From positions 320,719 to 384,718 of the forward strand of contig CAWFFF010000005.1 in the NCBI GenBank assembly GCA_963814995.1: a stretch of DNA of 64,000 nt, written 5' to 3'. The notes beneath the pieces are model-generated. The model saw only the letters and a list, made by a program, of their open reading frames with translations, did no database searches and was not told the origin of the DNA. The translations under genes and the position numbers were made by a program. The stretch comes from an uncultured Actinomycetes bacterium (GTDB lineage: Bacteria > Actinomycetota > Acidimicrobiia > IMCC26256 > PALSA-610). Below, one piece after another: positions 37,415 to 47,664 of this stretch (position 1 is the stretch's first letter; every line of letters starts with the position of its first letter).

Positions 37415-39468
37415 CTAGCCGGAGACGACCGCGCCCGATACCCACAGGTCGTCGAGGTTCACGTACTGGTTGGACCCGGCGGGCTTGTCGAACCAGACCT
37501 TCAACGTGTGCCGCCCCGGCGTCAGGCGGGCTCCCATCGTCAGCTTCGACCACGAGTTCCAGTCGAGGGTCGCCGGGAAGGTCTTGTTCGCCACCCACAC
37601 CTTGCCGTCCAGCTCGAGTTTCCGGTGCGCATTGCCGTTGCCGGCGCTGTAGCGCAGTGCCATTGTCGTCCATCCACCGATCGCGTTGAACGAGAACGTC
37701 ACGTACTGGCCCTGCGAACCCCAGCAGCAGACGTACGGCGCGTTCTCGGCACCGGACCACCGCGACTCCGTCGGGATGTTCCTCGGCGACGAGCCCGCCG
37801 GGATCACGAGGATCGGCGAGACCGTGAGGGTGTCGAGGTTCAGGTAGTTGTGCGAACCGGAGTTCCGGTCGAGCCAGATCTTGAGCGTGTGGCGACCCGG
37901 GCTCAGGCTCCTGCTCAGCGAGATCGACCTCCAGGAATTCCAGTTCTTGGTCGCCCAGAAGTTGGCCCCGCCGACCCACACCGAACCGTCGAGGTCGACC
38001 CTGCGCTGCGCCAATCCGTTCCCGGCGCTGTACCGGAGCGCAAGATTCGTCGGACCGCCGGACGCGTCGAACGAGAAGGTCACGTACTGGCCCTGCGACG
38101 CCCAGCAACAGACGTACGGATCGGTCTGCGCTCCCGACCAACGTGACTCGGTCCCGATGTTCCTCGCCGCGGACGACGCGGGGATCACCTGACGCGTCCG
38201 CGGGCGTCTTGACGGGCGCCGTCGTCGGCACCGTGGTCACCACCGGCGGACGGGTCGTCGTCGTCGCCTTCGGCGCGGTCGTCGTCGTCGCCTTCGGCGC
38301 GGTCGTCGTCGTCGCCTTCGGCGCGGTCGTCGTCGTCGCCTTCGGCGCGGTCGTCGTCGTCGCCTTGGGTGCGGTGGTGGTCGCCACGCCGCCGACGGTC
38401 GCAGGCGGTGACGACGGACCGAAGAGCGAGCGGAAACGTGCGGCGGCGTTCGGGAAGTGCGACAGCATGTGGTAGCCGTCGTTCGACGTGTCCTCGTTGA
38501 AGTACGACTGGTACGCGAGGCTGCCGGCGCCGCTGCTCGGAAGACCGCTCATCCAGTCGAACATGCCCTGGATGAATGCGGGGTCGTCGTTGCCCGCGCT
38601 GTTCGGCGACTCGGCGCCGCCACTCGCGAGCGCCCACTCCGGGAAGCTGACCTGCTTGCCGTGCGCGATGGCGAAGTCCCGCTGGAAGGTGAGGCTCGGT
38701 ATGTCCGTCGCGAAAGCGGCCGCGGGGTCGACCCACGTACGCGTCGACGAATTCCACGGGCTCGCCAGACTCTTGTCGTAGAGGTCCATCCCGATGATGT
38801 CGACGTAGTTGTCGCCCGGGTACGCGCTGGTCTGACCCTGCATCCAACCGGGGTCGCCGTTCCAGTCGAAGCGGAAGCTCGACGACACGGAGCGGAAGAT
38901 GTCGGCCGCGCGGCGGTACGCGTTGACCCACAGCGCTTCGTTGCCGCGCGACGACCACGGCATCCAGCCGCCGTCGAACTCCCAACCGAGGCGGATGATC
39001 GCGTCGGCGTTGCCACTGTCGCGGAGGTACGTCGCCGCGACGCGGAAGCCGGTGTCGTTCGCGCCGTTCACTGTCGCCTGCAACTGCGCACGCGCGGTCG
39101 CCTGTCCCGAAGCTGAGTTCGCGTCGACGAAGTTGCCGAACGCGAGCGGCACTGACTCGACGAACGTCGTGCTGTTCGCGAGCGTCTGCATCGAGCCCGC
39201 CTTGACGACCTCACCCCACACGCTCGACATGAACGCGGAAGGCGACGAGATGTCACCGAACTGCACGAGGTACTTCGCGTCGCGTCCCAACCACGTCTCC
39301 AGCGAGTTGAACTGCGAGAGGTTTCCGTAGCCGGGGTAGAAGCCCAACTGCGTCACGGCCGGTCGGTCGGTCGCCGACGCTCGGTTCATCATTCCTGCGC
39401 CGACGAGACCGGTCGCGCTCAACGCCGCGAGCAGCACCGCGATGCGCGTGCGCATGCTGTTCATCATG
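37415..39468 (-). pseudogene. Secreted GH26-like hydrolase + TTTTAPKA linker + two CBM6/35-like domains; frame broken near 38185-38200
   Basis: Signal peptide MMNSMRTRIAVLLAALSATGLVGAG. GH motifs IIRLGWEFDGGW and VSFPEWAL. The linker is followed, in another frame (ORF 37415..38188), by two similar modules of about 125 aa (WSGA..PYVCCW.SQGQYVTFSF...ALRYSAGNG...NSW...PGRHTLK.W...YLNLD). The GH26 frame has no stop before 37263. Confidence 0.7.
38254..38373. repeat. 24-bp tandem repeat x5 (GTCGTCGTCGTCGCCTTCGGCGCG) encoding the TTTTAPKA linker
   Basis: Four perfect units and one variant, read directly from the sequence. Confidence 0.9.
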
Positions 39469-39939
39469 CGACGACGGCGCCGGAAGCGTTCCGGTGCGTG
39501 CGACCATTCTCGGTCGGAAGTGAATGAAGTCACGGACAAGATGACCCCCCCGGTCAAAACGTGGACTGGCTATCAATCGGTCGGGTCTGCCGATTTCTTG
39601 ATCACGTCGGGCTGCGACGTCCGCCGAATTCACGTTCGTGGGTTGGTTCCGACGTCGAGATGTCCGCGATGAACCAAACCGTCGTAAACCTGACTTCCCC
39701 CCTCATCGCCATCCTCGTGCGCGCGCACTTCGGAGCCGTGTCGGTCCTGCGTACCAAGCGTGTGTTACGCATCCATGCATGCACGCGAGCGTTCACGTGT
39801 CGTCCCCCGAACGTTCGCGGTGCGCGGTCATGCGCAAGTGCGTTCGCGCCGAGCGCGAGATGCACGTTCTTTCGCGGACGCGTCTCCTCCCGCGCCGCGC
39901 ATGAGATGAACTGACGAAGACGCGCGCCTGTCGCGACAC

Positions 39940-42321
39940 TTGCCTGTAGCGTCGGACCCCGTGGGTCCCCGGAAGCGCCGTGCATCGCGGCTCGAGCGCG
40001 TGCAGCCTTCCGCAGGGGCGTGGTCGCTCGACAGTCGCGTCGCCGTTGCCGTCGTCGTAGTTGCGAGCGCGTTCGTCGGCGCAACCGCGGGGTGCGCCCC
40101 TGTGGGCAGCTCGCCCGCCGACCACGTGCTGACCGCGATCGCAGCCGGCGCGGTGACCCTCGCGGCGGCCAACGCGTCGGGTGCCGCGCTCGTCGTTGCA
40201 GCCGCGGTCGTGGTCGCGGCCGGCGAATCGTGGGAACTGCACGTGGCGGGACTCGTCGCGGTCCTCGCGTCGGCGCTCCTCGAGCGATACCACCGCCCGC
40301 TCCCGCCGGTGCGCGCGCTCATCGGCGCGGCGATCGTCCAATCGTTGCTCCGGCTCCCTTGGACGTCCCCGGCGCGCGGCTCGGCCGCGGTCGCGGTCGT
40401 CACGATGCTCGTCGTCCTCGTGTCAGGTGCGCGTCGCACGTCCGGGCGCGCGCGACGCCTGCTCGTCGTCACGGTGTGCGCGCTCGGCACACTCGCGCTC
40501 CTCGCCACACTCGTCGCTGCGTACTCCGTGCTCCGGAGCCGCACACTGTTGGAGTCCGGCGAGGCCTCGGCCCGATCCGGCGTCGACGCGGCGCGCGACG
40601 GCGACCGAGTCGGCGCGGTGAAACAGTTCGGCGTCGCCGAGACGCACTTCGACGACGCGCACGATCGGATCGCCTCGTGGCTCACATGGCCGGCGCGCCA
40701 GCTGCCGGTCGTCGGACCTCAGCTGCGCGCGCTGGAGCGTGTCTCGGCGATCGGGGCGCGCACGATCCCGATCGCCCGCGCGGCGGCGACGCGCGTCGAC
40801 CCGAACCGCCTTCGCCTCGTCGACGGGCGCCTCGACCTCTCGACGCTCGCGTCGTATCGGCCGATCTTCGACGAGCTTGCGACCGAGACCCGCCTGGTGC
40901 GAGGCGAGCTGGCCGAGCTACCACGGATGTGGCTCGTCTCCCCGCTCGAGAACCAGCTCGAGCGGTTCGAAGCCACCGTCGTGCGGGCCGACGACAGCGC
41001 GGCCACGGCCGACGAAGCCGTACGGCTCGCGCCCGCACTCCTCGGGGGGTCCGGCCGCCGCACCTATCTGGTCGCCTTCGTCACGCCGGCCGAGGCCCGG
41101 GGTTCGGGCGGACTGATGGCGAACTTCGGCGTCCTCACCGCCTCGAACGGACGCATCAGCCTCGAGGGCGTGGGTCGGGGCCCCGACCTCGACGGCCGGG
41201 GCACACAGCCGAAGCACCTGACGGGGCCGCCCGATTACCTCGCCCGGTACGGGAAGTTCGAACCCGCCCAGACGTGGGAGAACGTGACGATGTCGCCCGA
41301 CTTCCCGTCGGTCGCGGATGTGATGGCACAGCTCTATCCGCAGTCCGGTGGGGGCCCGATCGACGGTGTGATCCAGGTCGACCCGTTCGCGCTCGCGCAG
41401 ATGCTGACCCTCACCGGGCCTGTGCGGGTGCCCGGGCTCCCGGTCACGATCGACGCCTCCAACGCCGTCTCGTTCCTGCTCCGCGACCAGTACACGATCA
41501 TCAGCGACCCGATCGAGCGTTCGAACCTCCTCGGCGACGTCGCCGAGGCCGTCTTCCAGAAGCTGACGACGGGCCGTTCGGCGCAGCCGTCGAGCCTGGC
41601 GCAGGCCCTGAGCCCGGTGATCGACACCAAGGATCTCGCGTTGTGGTTCCGACAGCCGCGCGAGCAGGCCTTCGTCCGCGACATCGGTGCCGACGACGCG
41701 CTGCCGGAGGTCCGCGGGGACTCGTTCGGTGTCATCGTCCAGAACGGGGGTGGCAGCAAAATCGACTACTACCTGCAGCGAACCGTCCAGTACTCGGCGA
41801 CGGTCTCGGCCACGACCGGGAAGGTCGCCTCGCACGCGGTCGTGGCGCTCCACAACGGCTCACCGTCGACGGGGGTGCCGTTCTACGCCATCGGCAACAG
41901 CCTCGGGAAACCCGTTGGCACGAGCACGCTCTACGTCTCGGTCTACTCGTCGCTCCCCATCGCAGCGGCGACGGTCGACGGCCGCCCGCTGCGCCTGCTG
42001 GCCGAACGGGAGCTCGGGCGGCACGTGTACTCGTCGTACGTCGACATTCCGCCCGGCGGGACCCGAACCCTCTCTCTCGACTTCGCCGGGTCGGTCGACC
42101 TTGCGAACGGCGACTACCACTTCGACTATCTCCCGCAGGTGCTCCCGAACCCGGACCGGGTCGAGTGGAAAGCGGTGGTCACCGACGCCAAGGTGGACGG
42201 AGCGTCCGGCCACGGCCCGGTACCGGTGACCGTGACGGTCGACCGCAGCGCGCGCTCCGCGTCGGTCACCCGGTCCGACGAACGCGGTCCGTGGTCGGTA
42301 GATATGGCCCTCCGACGATGA
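39940..42321 (+). CDS. DUF4012 domain-containing membrane protein
   Basis: An N-terminal multi-TM region followed by DUF4012-like blocks YLVAFVTPAEARGSGGLMANFGVLTASNGRISL, PDFPSVADVM and PIDGVIQVDPFALAQMLTLTGPV. This family is commonly found in actinobacterial cell-wall glycan loci. The start is uncertain. Confidence 0.75.
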   Translation: MPVASDPVGPRKRRASRLERVQPSAGAWSLDSRVAVAVVVVASAFVGATAGCAPVGSSPADHVLTAIAAGAVTLAAANASGAALVVAAAVVVAAGESWELHVAGLVAVLASALLERYHRPLPPVRALIGAAIVQSLLRLPWTSPARGSAAVAVVTMLVVLVSGARRTSGRARRLLVVTVCALGTLALLATLVAAYSVLRSRTLLESGEASARSGVDAARDGDRVGAVKQFGVAETHFDDAHDRIASWLTWPARQLPVVGPQLRALERVSAIGARTIPIARAAATRVDPNRLRLVDGRLDLSTLASYRPIFDELATETRLVRGELAELPRMWLVSPLENQLERFEATVVRADDSAATADEAVRLAPALLGGSGRRTYLVAFVTPAEARGSGGLMANFGVLTASNGRISLEGVGRGPDLDGRGTQPKHLTGPPDYLARYGKFEPAQTWENVTMSPDFPSVADVMAQLYPQSGGGPIDGVIQVDPFALAQMLTLTGPVRVPGLPVTIDASNAVSFLLRDQYTIISDPIERSNLLGDVAEAVFQKLTTGRSAQPSSLAQALSPVIDTKDLALWFRQPREQAFVRDIGADDALPEVRGDSFGVIVQNGGGSKIDYYLQRTVQYSATVSATTGKVASHAVVALHNGSPSTGVPFYAIGNSLGKPVGTSTLYVSVYSSLPIAAATVDGRPLRLLAERELGRHVYSSYVDIPPGGTRTLSLDFAGSVDLANGDYHFDYLPQVLPNPDRVEWKAVVTDAKVDGASGHGPVPVTVTVDRSARSASVTRSDERGPWSVDMALRR

Positions 42322-42362
42322 CATTCGTCACTTAGTGTGACAAGGTCCCGCTAATTGGGACC

Positions 42363-42391
42363 GTTCTGATGCTAGGATCAATCATCAGAAC
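42363..42391. promoter_or_regulatory. Perfect 9-bp inverted repeat GTTCTGATG-N11-CATCAGAAC in the AT-richer spacer upstream of the LPXTG gene
   Basis: Read directly from the sequence. It sits 60 nt upstream of the ATG at 42452 and 42 nt after the DUF4012 stop. Confidence 0.35.
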
Positions 42392-42451
42392 GGGCTGGTC
42401 TGCACCGGATAACGGATTGCCGGGGGCCGAGCTATCGGGAGGGCAGGAGTA

Positions 42452-42751
42452 ATGAGGGTCCGCAGGCTTTTTGGCCTCATTGGTACGGCAGCGGTGCTGT
42501 CTTTGGGCTTCGCTTCGGCGGCCCACGCGGTCGACTATCCGCCGACCACATCGTCCCAGCACGTGCAAGGTTCGACCGTCGTGTCGAGCCCGACGACCGA
42601 CGGTCCGGTGTCGGGGAACTCCACTCCCACCGACGGTGGGCTTCCGTTCACGGGCGGTAACGACAGCGCGCTGGTGTGGATCGGTGTCGCGGCCGTCGGC
42701 ACGGGCACGTTCGCGGCCTGGCGCTTCCGTCATCGCACCCGCGTTTCCTGA
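42452..42751 (+). CDS. Small LPXTG cell-wall anchor protein
   Basis: RBS GGGAGGGCAGGAG. Signal peptide MRVRRLFGLIGTAAVLSLGFASAAHA. The C-terminal sorting signal is LPFTG, a hydrophobic stretch (ALVWIGVAAVGTGTFAAW) and RFRHR. Confidence 0.8.
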   Translation: MRVRRLFGLIGTAAVLSLGFASAAHAVDYPPTTSSQHVQGSTVVSSPTTDGPVSGNSTPTDGGLPFTGGNDSALVWIGVAAVGTGTFAAWRFRHRTRVS

Positions 42752-42767
42752 CCTCGATCTGACCCAC

Positions 42768-42784
42768 GGCCGGCCTCGCCGGCC
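42768..42784 (+). terminator. Short GC hairpin after the LPXTG gene
   Basis: GGCCGGC-CTC-GCCGGCC, 17 nt after the stop codon. Confidence 0.3.
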
Positions 42785-42893
42785 ACGCAACGATCGGCAC
42801 GCGACCGCGAGTCATGCCGTCGAGCAGGTCCCGTGCGTCGCCGAAGGCTCTCGGACCACGAATACCCGGTAGCCGACTGCGGAAGGACGGGGC

Positions 42894-44108
42894 GTGCGGC
42901 TCGTCGTACATGACTACTCGGGGCACCCGTTTCAGGTGCAGTTGAGCCGGGAGCTCGCGCGGCGCGGGCACGAGGTCCTGCACCTCCACTGCGAGTCGTT
43001 CGTGACGGGCAAGGGCGCGCTCGCGCGTCAGGACTCGGACCCGCCCAACTTCGAGGTCGAGCCCATCAGCCTCGGCCAGACGTTCGAGAAGTACTCGTAT
43101 CGGAAGCGCTTCGAGCAGGAACGGCGCTACGGCCGGCTGCTCGCGGCCCGGGTCGCGCAGTTCCGGCCCGACGCCGTACTGTCGAGCAACACGCCACTGT
43201 TCGCGCAGTCGGTGTTCCAACGGCGTCTCGATCCCGGCACGCGCTTCGTGTTCTGGCAACAGGACGTCTACAGCGTCGCGATGGGCGACGCGGCCCGGAC
43301 CAAGATCCCCGTCGCCGGCGGATTGGTCGCAAAGCTGTTCGAGCGGTTCGAACGCAAGATGCTGAAGGCCAGCGACCAGATCGTGATCATCAGCGAGGAT
43401 TTCCGGCCGATCCTCGAACGCTGGGGTGTCGACCGCGACCGCACGACCGTCGTCGAGAACTGGGCCGGCCTGTCCGAGATCGAACCCGGGCCCCACGAGA
43501 ACGACTGGTCGCGCGCGCAGGGTCTCGGCGACGCGGTCGTCGTGCTCTACGCGGGCACGCTCGGGCTCAAGCACAACCCAAACCTGCTGCTCCAGCTCGC
43601 CGTGCGCTTCGCCGACGACGCGAGCGCGGTCGACGACACCGGCAAGCCCGTGCGCGTCGTGGTCATCTCCGAGGGTCTCGGCGCCGACTGGCTGGCGGGC
43701 CGGAAGCGAGACCTCCGTCTCGACAACCTCGTGCTCCTGCCGTTTCAGCCGTACGACCAACTCTCGTCGACATTGGCGAGCGCCGACGTCCTGGTCGCGA
43801 TCCTCGAGCCCGAAGCCGGTGTGTTCTCGGTGCCGTCCAAGGTGCTCACGTACCACTGCGCCGGACGACCGATCCTCGGCTCGATCCCGTCCGAGAACCT
43901 CGCGGCGCGGATCATCGAGCGCGAGGGCAGCGGCGCGGTCACCCGACCCGGCGACGTCGACGCCTTCGTCACGGCCGCCGCGCGACTGCTCGGCGACGAA
44001 CCCTTGCGCAAGGACATGGGCGAGCGGGCCCGCCGCTACGCCGAGCAGACGTTCGACATCGAGCGCATCGGCGACGAGTTCGAGGCCGTGTTGCGGCGGT
44101 TGTCGTAG
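42894..44108 (+). CDS. Glycosyltransferase family 4, WcaI-like
   Basis: MRLVVHDYSGHPFQVQLSRELARRGHEV (the WcaI-type N-terminus) and C-terminal SVPSKVLTYHCAGRPILG. Confidence 0.8.
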   Translation: MRLVVHDYSGHPFQVQLSRELARRGHEVLHLHCESFVTGKGALARQDSDPPNFEVEPISLGQTFEKYSYRKRFEQERRYGRLLAARVAQFRPDAVLSSNTPLFAQSVFQRRLDPGTRFVFWQQDVYSVAMGDAARTKIPVAGGLVAKLFERFERKMLKASDQIVIISEDFRPILERWGVDRDRTTVVENWAGLSEIEPGPHENDWSRAQGLGDAVVVLYAGTLGLKHNPNLLLQLAVRFADDASAVDDTGKPVRVVVISEGLGADWLAGRKRDLRLDNLVLLPFQPYDQLSSTLASADVLVAILEPEAGVFSVPSKVLTYHCAGRPILGSIPSENLAARIIEREGSGAVTRPGDVDAFVTAAARLLGDEPLRKDMGERARRYAEQTFDIERIGDEFEAVLRRLS

Positions 44109-44225
44109 CCGTCCACGGGCACGGGACGGGCGTGCCGTTTCCCTCGGTACGATGAACGTCGGCCGGGGGCGGCGGAGGGAACACCCGTCAGTGTCCGTCT
44201 CGTCTCGGACCCCCGAGGATCAGCC

Positions 44226-45281
44226 ATGAGCAACGACTCCGACGCCGCCGATCCCTCCGCCAATGGAGCCGGTTCGCCGACTGCGGAACTACGCCGCGAC
44301 CGTGTCACCGGCAACGCGGTGTTGGTCAACCCCGCGCGGTCCGGTCGGCCCTTCACCGTCGCGGCGACGCGACCCGGCGACGGCGCCCGAACATCCGACC
44401 TTCGACCAAGACTGCCCGTTCTGTTGGGGTAACGAGCACGCCACTGCCGACGAGCTCCGCGCGTCGGTCCGGGTGCGCCGGGCGAGCCCGGGTGGGCGGT
44501 GCGCGTCGTACGCAACCGCTATCCCGTTGTCGGTGCGACCGGTCGCGAGACCGCACCGTGCGAGGTCGTCGTGTTCCGGGCCCACGAACGTCGGCTCGAG
44601 GATCTCGACGTCGACGAGCTCGCACAGATCCTCGGCGTCATCCGCGACCGCGTCGCGGTGCAGACGAGCGCGGGACGTTCGACGGTACAGGTCTTCGTCA
44701 ACACCGACTGGGAGTCGGGCGCGTCGATCGCGCACCCGCACGCGCAGCTGATCGCGCTCGACTTCATCCCTCCCGCGCTCGAGCTCGAATTCGCCGTCAT
44801 CGGGCGCTCCGTGCGCGACGGCGAAGGACCCGATCCGCTCCGGAGCGACCTCGATCATTCGGTCGCGCGCGATCTCGTCGTCGTCGACGACGAGATCGCG
44901 GCCTGGTGCCCGTGGGAGATGCCGAACCCCTTCGGCGTACGCATCGCGCCGAAGGTGCAGCAGTCGCCATTCGTCGAGCTCGGTCCGGCCGAGGTCACGG
45001 CGCTCGCCCGGACGCTCCACTCGGTGCTGCGAGCCGTGAACGAGGTGCTCGAGCGGCCCGCCTACAACGTCGTGCTCTTCGGCGACCAGTCTCGTGACGA
45101 TCTCGTGCGGCGCTGGCGGGTGGAAGTCGTCCCGCGTATCAACGTCCCTGGCGGGTTCGAGATCGGGACCGGCGTCACGACCCATTCGACCGACACGGCC
45201 GCGGCGGCGGCCGCGCTGCGGAACCGGATCCGCGACACCGTCGGTGGAGCCGGCCCGAAACTCGCCGGACGGGCCCTGTGA
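44226..45281 (+). pseudogene. galT: Galactose-1-phosphate uridylyltransferase-like (HIT superfamily), with a 75-nt segment in a different frame
   Basis: Frame 0 reads ...RRDRVTGNAVLVNPARSGRPF... Frame +1 (about 44385-44460) carries the zinc motif CPFCWGNE. Frame 0 resumes with WAVRVVRNRYPVV...SIAHPHAQLIAL (the HxHxQ active site). Confidence 0.7.
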
Positions 45282-45378
45282 CCCGATCCGGACCCCTGCC
45301 CGTCCTAGGCTCTCGCCCGAGAGGGAGCGGAGCCGCTTTGCGAAACTCGAGGCGCACGTTGCCGATCAGGACTCACTC

Positions 45379-46797
45379 GTGAACCTCAACGACCTGCTCC
45401 GACTCCTTCGCCGGTTCCGGCTCGTGGCCATCATGATCGCGCTCGTGGTCATGGCCGCGGGCACCGCGGTCGCGCTCCGTTCCCCGAACCGCTACGCCTC
45501 GTCGGCCACGATCATCGTCGACCCGTCCGCGGTGAGTGGACAAGCCACCAACGTGCAGCAGATCGACTTCCTGATCCCGCAGTACCTCGCGCAGGTGGAG
45601 TCGCGGAAGTACCTCCTCGACGCGAGGAAGACGCTGCCGGCCGCGATCCAGGACGCGCCGATCTCGGTGTCGGCGACGGGTGAGCCCGGCACGGGCATCA
45701 TCGACATTCAGGTGACGAGCACGTCGCGCGCCGCGGTCGCACCGTGGGCCGGGGCGCTGGCCAAGACGCTCGTCGCGCAGGCCAAGCTGAAGAACCTCGC
45801 GTTGCTGAGCCTGATCGACGAGCCGCAGACGCCGTCGTCGCCGTACGCACCGAACCGGACGTTCGTGCTGGCACTGAGTGCGCTGATCGCGTTGTTCACC
45901 GCGATGATCTCGGTGATCGTGGCCGGCGCCTTCCGTGCCCGCCGCGACGGCGCGGCGGAGATCCGCGAGCGTTTCGGCATCCGGGTGCTCGCGGAGATCC
46001 CGACGCTCCCCCGCCGCCTGGCGATCCTCGAACCGCGGCAGCTCGCGGTGAGCTCCGCCGCGGTCCCGGTCGTCGATGCGTTGCAGACGCTGCGCGCCAG
46101 CGTCTCCTACCTGCTGGCCGACCGACCGCACCCCTGGCTCGCGGTGGTGTCGGCACGGGGTCGCGAAGGGAAGTCGTTCGTCGCGGTGCAGCTGTCGTGG
46201 CTGCTCGGCGCGCTGGAACACGAGACACTGCTGCTCGACGCTGATGCACGAAACCCCACGGCGCATCAGCTGCTCGAGCAGTCCGCCGCTCCCGGAATCG
46301 ACGCGCTCGACGCGACCAACCTCGGCGACGTGATGCAGCGCACCGGCCGGGAGCACCTCGGCTTCATCGGTGCCGGCCAGCCCGACCGGCACCCCGCCGA
46401 GGTCGCGAGCGCGCATCTCCCGTTCCTGTTGAAGCAGATCGACGGGCACAACGTGACCCTCGTCGTCGACACGCCGCCCATGGCCGGCGCGGCGGAGACC
46501 GTGATCTACGCCGCCGGTTGCGGCGCGGTGCTCCTCGTGATCGACGCCCGCCGCCGTGATTTCGCCGACGTCGAGCAGATGCTGCTGACCCTCAACGACC
46601 GGCGAATCGACGTGCTGGGAGTCGTGATCAATCGCTCGCGGCGCGGCTACCTCGGCAAGCGGCGAGCGTGGCTCGAGGCGATGCGCCGCACCGGCGCGCC
46701 GCCCGCGCCCGGCGCGCCGCCGAGCGGTCCCGGCACGGGCGCAGGCCCGCTCTGGGGCCCCGAAGCACCGACCGGGTTGGTCCGGACCCAGACCTGA
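45379..46797 (+). CDS. Polysaccharide co-polymerase fused to a BY-kinase-like ATPase (Wzc/CapAB-like)
   Basis: TM1 LVAIMIALVVMAAGTAV, TM2 FVLALSALIALFTAMISVIVAGAF, Walker A-like SARGREGKSF, Walker A' LLLDADARNP, Walker B LVVDTPPM. There is no C-terminal Tyr cluster; the tail is Pro/Gly-rich. The GTG start at 45379 is tentative. Confidence 0.7.
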   Translation: MNLNDLLRLLRRFRLVAIMIALVVMAAGTAVALRSPNRYASSATIIVDPSAVSGQATNVQQIDFLIPQYLAQVESRKYLLDARKTLPAAIQDAPISVSATGEPGTGIIDIQVTSTSRAAVAPWAGALAKTLVAQAKLKNLALLSLIDEPQTPSSPYAPNRTFVLALSALIALFTAMISVIVAGAFRARRDGAAEIRERFGIRVLAEIPTLPRRLAILEPRQLAVSSAAVPVVDALQTLRASVSYLLADRPHPWLAVVSARGREGKSFVAVQLSWLLGALEHETLLLDADARNPTAHQLLEQSAAPGIDALDATNLGDVMQRTGREHLGFIGAGQPDRHPAEVASAHLPFLLKQIDGHNVTLVVDTPPMAGAAETVIYAAGCGAVLLVIDARRRDFADVEQMLLTLNDRRIDVLGVVINRSRRGYLGKRRAWLEAMRRTGAPPAPGAPPSGPGTGAGPLWGPEAPTGLVRTQT

Positions 46798-47055
46798 CGT
46801 CCTGCCGTCCGCGCGGGCCATGGTGATATGCGGCATTCGCCGCACAGCCATTCCCAATGGGGGGTGCGGGTCGGTATCCTCCCGGCAGGGGCCGTTGGCG
46901 GTGAAGAGGTTGTCTCGAGTCGGGTAAGTCGCGCGCAGCGCGGTTCGGTCCGGCGGGGCGAGCGGGAGTGTGGAGTTCCCGGTCGCTCGACAGCCGACGA
47001 CATTCGGCCTCCGAGAGGGGGAAGACGTCGCCATGATGGCGGGCACGACAGCCGG

Positions 47056-47664
47056 ATGAGCACGAACCCGCCCGTCTCACCGAGCGAGCACGGCGAGGGC
47101 AGCTTCGAATGGCTCGCGCACGACTCCGACCCGGTCGCCGATATGCATCGTGAGGGTCCGCACGCCCCGGAGCGCGTTCCGCTCGCGCACACCCATGCGC
47201 GGCTCGACCCGCTCACGGTGCAAGGTGTGGTCAACCGCGTGCTCGTCGCCGTGTTCTGTCTCATCGCCATCGGCGCGGCCTACGAGACCGTCGGTGCGCT
47301 GTCGTCGTCCCGGGTACCCCGCTCGACGTCGGTCTTGCCGACGCTGATCTCCTCGACGACGGTGGCGCACCCGAAGACCGTCGCGACGGGCGGGCACAGG
47401 CAGACCGTGACCACCGCTCGGGCCCCGACGACCACGGCACCCCCCGTGACGGTGCCGCTCGCCACCGTCGCGGCGACGACGCCCCGGGTAACGACGCCCC
47501 GGGTAACGATCCCCCGTCCGACGACCCCACCCGCAACATTCCCCCGGCCCGTCGTCCCGCAGACGTCGCCGGCGACGACCCCGCAAACGATCCAGGTACC
47601 TTCGACGACCCCGACGACGAGCCCGACCGGTCCGTCCGACACCGTGGTGGTTCCCTTCAGATGA
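47056..47664 (+). CDS. Pro/Thr-rich single-pass membrane protein (hypothetical)
   Basis: One TM helix (VLVAVFCLIAIGAAY) followed by a P/T-rich tail (TTPRVTTPRVTIPRPTTPP). Its stop overlaps the next start (ATGA at 47661-47664). Confidence 0.5.
   Translation: MSTNPPVSPSEHGEGSFEWLAHDSDPVADMHREGPHAPERVPLAHTHARLDPLTVQGVVNRVLVAVFCLIAIGAAYETVGALSSSRVPRSTSVLPTLISSTTVAHPKTVATGGHRQTVTTARAPTTTAPPVTVPLATVAATTPRVTTPRVTIPRPTTPPATFPRPVVPQTSPATTPQTIQVPSTTPTTSPTGPSDTVVVPFR

Noticed and set aside
42332-42790. 152-aa minus-strand ORF overlapping the LPXTG gene
   Set aside because: The plus-strand ORF has an RBS, a signal peptide and a complete LPFTG sorting signal. The antisense ORF is Arg-rich without features.
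46798-47055. Possible riboswitch or structured RNA upstream of the P/T-rich membrane protein gene
   Set aside because: The region is GC-rich with several local stems. I could not match it to any riboswitch consensus I know (c-di-GMP, ydaO, cobalamin and others). It needs an Infernal/Rfam scan.
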